DNA of 24,000 bases from an uncultured archaeon (GTDB lineage: Archaea > Asgardarchaeota > Heimdallarchaeia > Heimdallarchaeales > Heimdallarchaeaceae), in contig CAZHRF010000001.1 of the NCBI GenBank assembly GCA_964534625.1, forward strand, positions 12,436 to 36,435, given 5' to 3'. The number at the start of each line of letters is the position of its first letter. Positions within the stretch are counted from its first letter, which is position 1. The position numbers were made by a program, and so were the translations under genes. Positions 19,681 through 24,000 of the stretch are shown here, in pieces. The notes below the pieces were generated by a model. The model searched no databases. It was not told the origin of the DNA and saw nothing but the letters and a program-made list of their open reading frames with translations.

Positions 19681-21939
19681 GTGTCTGGTAGAACTGAAAT
19701 GTCTGGTATATTCGGTAACTTTTGGGAAAAAGTCGTTGATCATTTTGAAGACTATGAAATTGATAAAGAATTTTTATTACACAAACTTGCTCTAATTTGT
19801 ATACTAACTGCAGGTATCATTATTCGACTTTTTTCTTTAATCAAGGGTTATGATATTATTATTAAAGCATTTGATCCCTATGTTCAATTTATAAGTGCCA
19901 ACTATATTGAACGGAATGGTTTTATAGATTTTGTTCATTGGGTAAAAAATGATTCTTGGTATCCTTTTGGGTTCCATATAGGTAGGGAATTGTATTGGGG
20001 CGTACCTATTAGTGCTATTGTTCTCCATTGGTTTCTTAATCTTCTTACTTTTAATGTAACAATGCAACAAGTTGCATATTTTATTCCCGTTATTTATGGT
20101 GGATTAACAATTATTGCCTCTTATTATTTGGGAAAAGAAACGATCAGTTCGAGAGCTGGACTGTTGACTGCACTATTTATGTCTATACTTCCCTCTTATG
20201 CCTCCCGTAGTGTAGCTGGCTTTTTTGATAATGAATATATTGGAATACTTTTTGTTGTATTGTCTTTATACTTCTTTTTGCGTGCCCTAAAAAGAGATGA
20301 TACCTTATCAGCATTTTTAGCTGGCATATGCTTAGCTGTGCTTATGGGCAGTTGGGGTGCATATAGATATGTGCTTGATTTACTGCCTCTTTGTGTGTTG
20401 TTCTTACTTTTATCGAGAAAAGTGACTTATAATCTAATAAAAACTTATACTATTACTAATTTTGTTGCTATAAGTTTGGGATTTATTGTTAAAAGAGTTA
20501 TTATGAATAAATTCTTTGGTATAGAAGTAATGATACCCATTTTAATGATAGCTTTGTTAATCTTTGTTGGGATAATACAAAATATATCAAGAAGTTTGCC
20601 TGAAAAAACATTCAAACAAGTACTTCTGATAGGGGCAATAAGTTCAATTTTATTACTTAGTATCATTGTGGGTGTGTTACTTTCTGTTGGTATATTTGAT
20701 AACATAGCTGCCAAATTCTGGGCTGTGATTATTCCACGGGGTAGGGTAGATATACCTATTATTAATTCAGTGAGTGAGCACCAACCTATGCCTTGGGGTT
20801 CACTATTCAGAAACTTCCACATACTAACATTTTTCATGCCGTTAGGGATATATTATTGTTTAAAAAAGCCAACTGATGTTAATATATTTATTCTAGTTTT
20901 TGGTGTTTCTGCTATCTATTTCACTGGATCTATGATACGGTTGGTCTTACTTTTAGCACCCGCTGCATCATTATTAAGTGCATTAGCTATAGATAGGATA
21001 CTATACCCTTATTCGTTGAGTGCTCATGGAAAAATAGCTTTAACTCGAAGGAAAGTACGTATTTCCAAATCAATAGGGCGGGATGAAGCAATGATTGCCT
21101 ATATTGTGATATCCTTACTCTTGTTGACTTTTGTCTTCCACTGTGTAAAAATCTCTGAAGGTTATGCTGCACCGGAGATGGCACCGCCGTCACCATATGG
21201 GAATTCTGTACCTATGACTGATTGGCAAGATGCATTAGCTTGGTTAAGAGAAAATGCTCAAGGACCTGGTGTTATTCCTAATAGCCCTTCTGTTGTTTTG
21301 AGTTGGTGGGATTATGGTTATTGGATAACCAATTATGGTAATGCTACTACTCTAGTAGATAATGCTACGACAAACAAAACGCAGATTGGTACTGTGGGTA
21401 CTATGCTTATGTGGAACCTCACCGAATCTATACGGTTAATGTATAGATATAATGTCAAATACGTGTTGGTCAATAGTCAAGCTGGTGTTACTTGGTTGGG
21501 TTCTGATCTAGGAAAATCTGCTTGGTGTATCCGTATTGCAGAAGCCGATGTCCCTCATTATGGGATTAAAGAATCTGATTACATTGTAGAAGAAAGTGAT
21601 GGGAGGCGCATTTATGCGAAACCTTTCTATGAATCAGTTCTATATAGATTATCGGCATATGACAAAGACACTGGTTTTGCATTTGACGGGCAGTATGGGC
21701 CCACAGGCCAAAATGCTCCATCTATATTTGCAAAAGCATCAGATTATCCTGTTAAAGATTTAAAAGGGCCTGATGGTCATATATACTTTACTGAGGTTTA
21801 TAGAAGTTACGGATTGGGAACTGACTCCGCAGGTACAGGAAGAGCCTTTCCGGGTGTGCGTATTTATGAAGTTATTTATCCTCCAAATATAGCCCAATTA
21901 GCAGCTGAACTTGATATGTTATATCCTAAAAATGGATAA
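19681..21939 (+). CDS. aglB: Oligosaccharyltransferase catalytic subunit (STT3/AglB family)
   Basis: Polytopic protein with GYDIIIKAFDPYVQF, SRSVAGFFDNEYIG, and the STT3 signature SWWDYGYWITNYGNATTLVDNATTNKTQIG. GTG start at 19681. Confidence 0.93.
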   Translation: MSGRTEMSGIFGNFWEKVVDHFEDYEIDKEFLLHKLALICILTAGIIIRLFSLIKGYDIIIKAFDPYVQFISANYIERNGFIDFVHWVKNDSWYPFGFHIGRELYWGVPISAIVLHWFLNLLTFNVTMQQVAYFIPVIYGGLTIIASYYLGKETISSRAGLLTALFMSILPSYASRSVAGFFDNEYIGILFVVLSLYFFLRALKRDDTLSAFLAGICLAVLMGSWGAYRYVLDLLPLCVLFLLLSRKVTYNLIKTYTITNFVAISLGFIVKRVIMNKFFGIEVMIPILMIALLIFVGIIQNISRSLPEKTFKQVLLIGAISSILLLSIIVGVLLSVGIFDNIAAKFWAVIIPRGRVDIPIINSVSEHQPMPWGSLFRNFHILTFFMPLGIYYCLKKPTDVNIFILVFGVSAIYFTGSMIRLVLLLAPAASLLSALAIDRILYPYSLSAHGKIALTRRKVRISKSIGRDEAMIAYIVISLLLLTFVFHCVKISEGYAAPEMAPPSPYGNSVPMTDWQDALAWLRENAQGPGVIPNSPSVVLSWWDYGYWITNYGNATTLVDNATTNKTQIGTVGTMLMWNLTESIRLMYRYNVKYVLVNSQAGVTWLGSDLGKSAWCIRIAEADVPHYGIKESDYIVEESDGRRIYAKPFYESVLYRLSAYDKDTGFAFDGQYGPTGQNAPSIFAKASDYPVKDLKGPDGHIYFTEVYRSYGLGTDSAGTGRAFPGVRIYEVIYPPNIAQLAAELDMLYPKNG

Positions 21940-22243
21940 ACTCTTTTCTTCTTATTTTTTCTATTTTTTATTGGAATATTTGAAGAGATGTTTTAGATTA
22001 TTCTTATTTGTAATATAATCTTGGTACTTTCGCTCCGTTAGTCTTTGTAGTCTTAGTACTATTTGTTACACTTTTTACATAAAGAATTGAAATTAATCAG
22101 AAATATAGAAGATATGTATGTGTTCAGTATAGAACCTCTCTTTCAATTAGTGTTCAAAGATGGGACTAATTTTAGTTAAGCTAATAGGTTGCTCTTTAAT
22201 AGTAAAATTTTAATTGTTTTGATGATGAAATAAATTGAATAAT

Positions 22244-23005
22244 ATGACTAATTTTATCCATAAAATCATAAATCTATTTAAAACAGAGGAAACAAAATTT
22301 AAAACAGAAATGACAGAGAGACTAGAAAAAGAAAAACATATTAATTTAAAGACCGTCAATACAAAACTGCCCATAGATAACCGTATTTGTTTATTTCAAG
22401 AAATTGTGAAAAAAAGAAGAATTAACGGTGTTTATCTTTCGAAACACTATCATTTCTTTTTAATGTCTGAAATGGATATTTCAAATATAAAAACAAAATT
22501 AAAAAGAGAAGGAAGAATAGAAATAAAAGATTTTTTCCAAAAGTGGAATGTAGACAAGAAAGTAATCGCTAGTTTACTAAACCAATTTGAGCGGGGAATT
22601 ATGGGTAAGAGAGAATATTACGCTATCTCTCACCTAGAGAATAGTTATTATTCAAAACTTAGGAACGTTGATGAATATGAACTTGAAAAACTAGAGGACG
22701 AAAACAAAGATTTGTCTATGGAACAAATTCATAGCATCATAAATAACCTTATTGAGACAAAAAGATTAAAGGGCACTATACAAAGCAATTCAAAATATCT
22801 TAGTGGTTCTAAATTCAGAGAGATTATGACCGAATATCTAGAAAAATTAGCAGAAAAATTTATTGAAATTTCTTTTAGTAAAATTAGCAGAGAACTAGAA
22901 ATAAAAAAATCAGAAATTGAAACATTTCTGATTGAATATGTAAAAAAGAATCCCAGCAAAATTACTATATATCCCTTAGACCAAAAGATTATATTCAAAA
23001 TATAA
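22244..23005 (+). CDS. Winged-helix protein with UFL1-like motifs
   Basis: NGVYLSKHYHFFLMSEMDISNIKTKLKREGRIEIKDFFQKWNVDKKVIASLL; IINNLIETKRLKGTIQ; YLEKLAEKFIEISFSKISRELEIKKSEIETFLIEYVKKNPSKITIYPLDQKIIF resemble UFL1/DDRGK-type winged-helix units. ATG at 22244; the track starts at an upstream TTG. Confidence 0.45.
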   Translation: MTNFIHKIINLFKTEETKFKTEMTERLEKEKHINLKTVNTKLPIDNRICLFQEIVKKRRINGVYLSKHYHFFLMSEMDISNIKTKLKREGRIEIKDFFQKWNVDKKVIASLLNQFERGIMGKREYYAISHLENSYYSKLRNVDEYELEKLEDENKDLSMEQIHSIINNLIETKRLKGTIQSNSKYLSGSKFREIMTEYLEKLAEKFIEISFSKISRELEIKKSEIETFLIEYVKKNPSKITIYPLDQKIIFKI

Positions 23006-23149
23006 GATAATAGGTACATATCTTTAATAGAATAGATCTCTTTCTATCAAAAACCACTAAAATAAGATGGGATTTAGAAACGGATTAAAATTAATCTTGA
23101 AAAAGTGTTGAGTTTATTTACTAAAGTTGTTTTATTATAACAGATACAA

Positions 23150-24000
23150 ATGGAAAACAAAAAAAGAATTTCTTCAGGCATCACAGGTTTGGATGCCCTA
23201 ATGTATGGAGGGCTAGTAAAAAATACAGTTAACTCTATTGTGGGAGGCAGTGGAACAGGGAAAACAACATTTTGTTTATCATATATGCTTCAAGGATTAC
23301 GCGAGGATGATCATATTCTATATCTGTCATTTGAAGAAACACCATCTAAATTGCTTGTTGAAGCAAAATCATTAGGAATAAACTTGGACAAATATGTATC
23401 AGATATAACTAATGTAATACACTTAGTGGAAAGCGAGAAAATTGTTGAATTCATTGTTGATATTTTACCTAGTTTAACAAAAAAGTTGAAAGACCAATAT
23501 ATCAAACATACAAGGATTATAATAGATCCATTAACACCCGTTTTATGGGAATTTCCTTCAGAAAAAGATCAGAGAAAAGTATTAACAAAAGCATACCGGT
23601 ATTTGAGTTCTTTAGGTACAGTCTTACAAACTGTTGAAGAAGCCAACCCTTTCGGACAAGACAACATAGGAACAAGTGAAACTAGGGTCCCCATTTACCT
23701 ATCAGATAGCGTAATCCAAATTCAGAACTTAGGCTTTGGAGGTAAATATAGTAGAACATGCAAAGTCATAAAATCAAGACAAACTGCTCATTACGAAGGT
23801 ATTTACTCAATGAATTTTGCGTATGGATCCGGGATATCGATTGATGTAGAAACTAGAGATAATCACATCTCAAATGAAATAAATACGGAATATGAACGGA
23901 TTTTGACAGTTCTTCAAACTTGGTCCAGAGCTAAGGATCCAAAAAAGAAACTAGTGTCTCAAATTGCAAATAATCTTTTAGATAAATCAAAGAGAACGGT
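23150..24000 (+). CDS. KaiC/RadA-like RecA-family ATPase (truncated by window end)
   Basis: MENKKRISSGITGLDALMYGGLVKNTVNSIVGGSGTGKTTFCLSYMLQGLREDDHILYLSFEETPSKLLVEA...YIKHTRIIIDPLTPVL: Walker A GGSGTGKTT and KaiC-type organisation. Runs off the window, so it is not in the ORF track. Confidence 0.88.
   Translation, partial: MENKKRISSGITGLDALMYGGLVKNTVNSIVGGSGTGKTTFCLSYMLQGLREDDHILYLSFEETPSKLLVEAKSLGINLDKYVSDITNVIHLVESEKIVEFIVDILPSLTKKLKDQYIKHTRIIIDPLTPVLWEFPSEKDQRKVLTKAYRYLSSLGTVLQTVEEANPFGQDNIGTSETRVPIYLSDSVIQIQNLGFGGKYSRTCKVIKSRQTAHYEGIYSMNFAYGSGISIDVETRDNHISNEINTEYERILTVLQTWSRAKDPKKKLVSQIANNLLDKSKRT

Overview
AT-rich archaeal chromosomal window. The rRNA signatures and gene set look Asgard/TACK-like, but this was judged by eye with no database search. 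It carries a 16S rRNA gene (~121-1599) and an unlinked 23S rRNA gene (~7104-10480) on the same strand, separated by ~5.5 kb. Between them lie a cytidine deaminase, an unassigned GC-rich structured-RNA candidate, a GTP-type PEP carboxykinase and an inorganic pyrophosphatase. Downstream are a large membrane-anchored HerA/VirB4-like ATPase, tRNA-Ser(UGA), a type IA topoisomerase, a small Cys/His protein, a thioredoxin/glutaredoxin-fold protein, a MazG-like protein, a Sec61-beta-like protein, tRNA-Arg(UCU), the PolD small subunit (DP1), a Roadblock/LC7-type protein, an STT3/AglB oligosaccharyltransferase, a winged-helix protein with UFL1-like motifs and a truncated KaiC/RadA-like ATPase. The strongest unusual signal is a ~335-nt ORF-less insertion inside the peptidyl-transferase core of the 23S gene (equivalent to E. 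coli position 2449). Its boundaries (U before, G at the end) suggest a group I-like intron, but I could not assemble the catalytic core by hand. Other signals are a long pre-23S processing stem, a hairpin directly after 16S, the ncRNA island at ~2590-2945, a 19-bp tandem repeat, and a small zinc-ribbon ORF missing from the supplied track.
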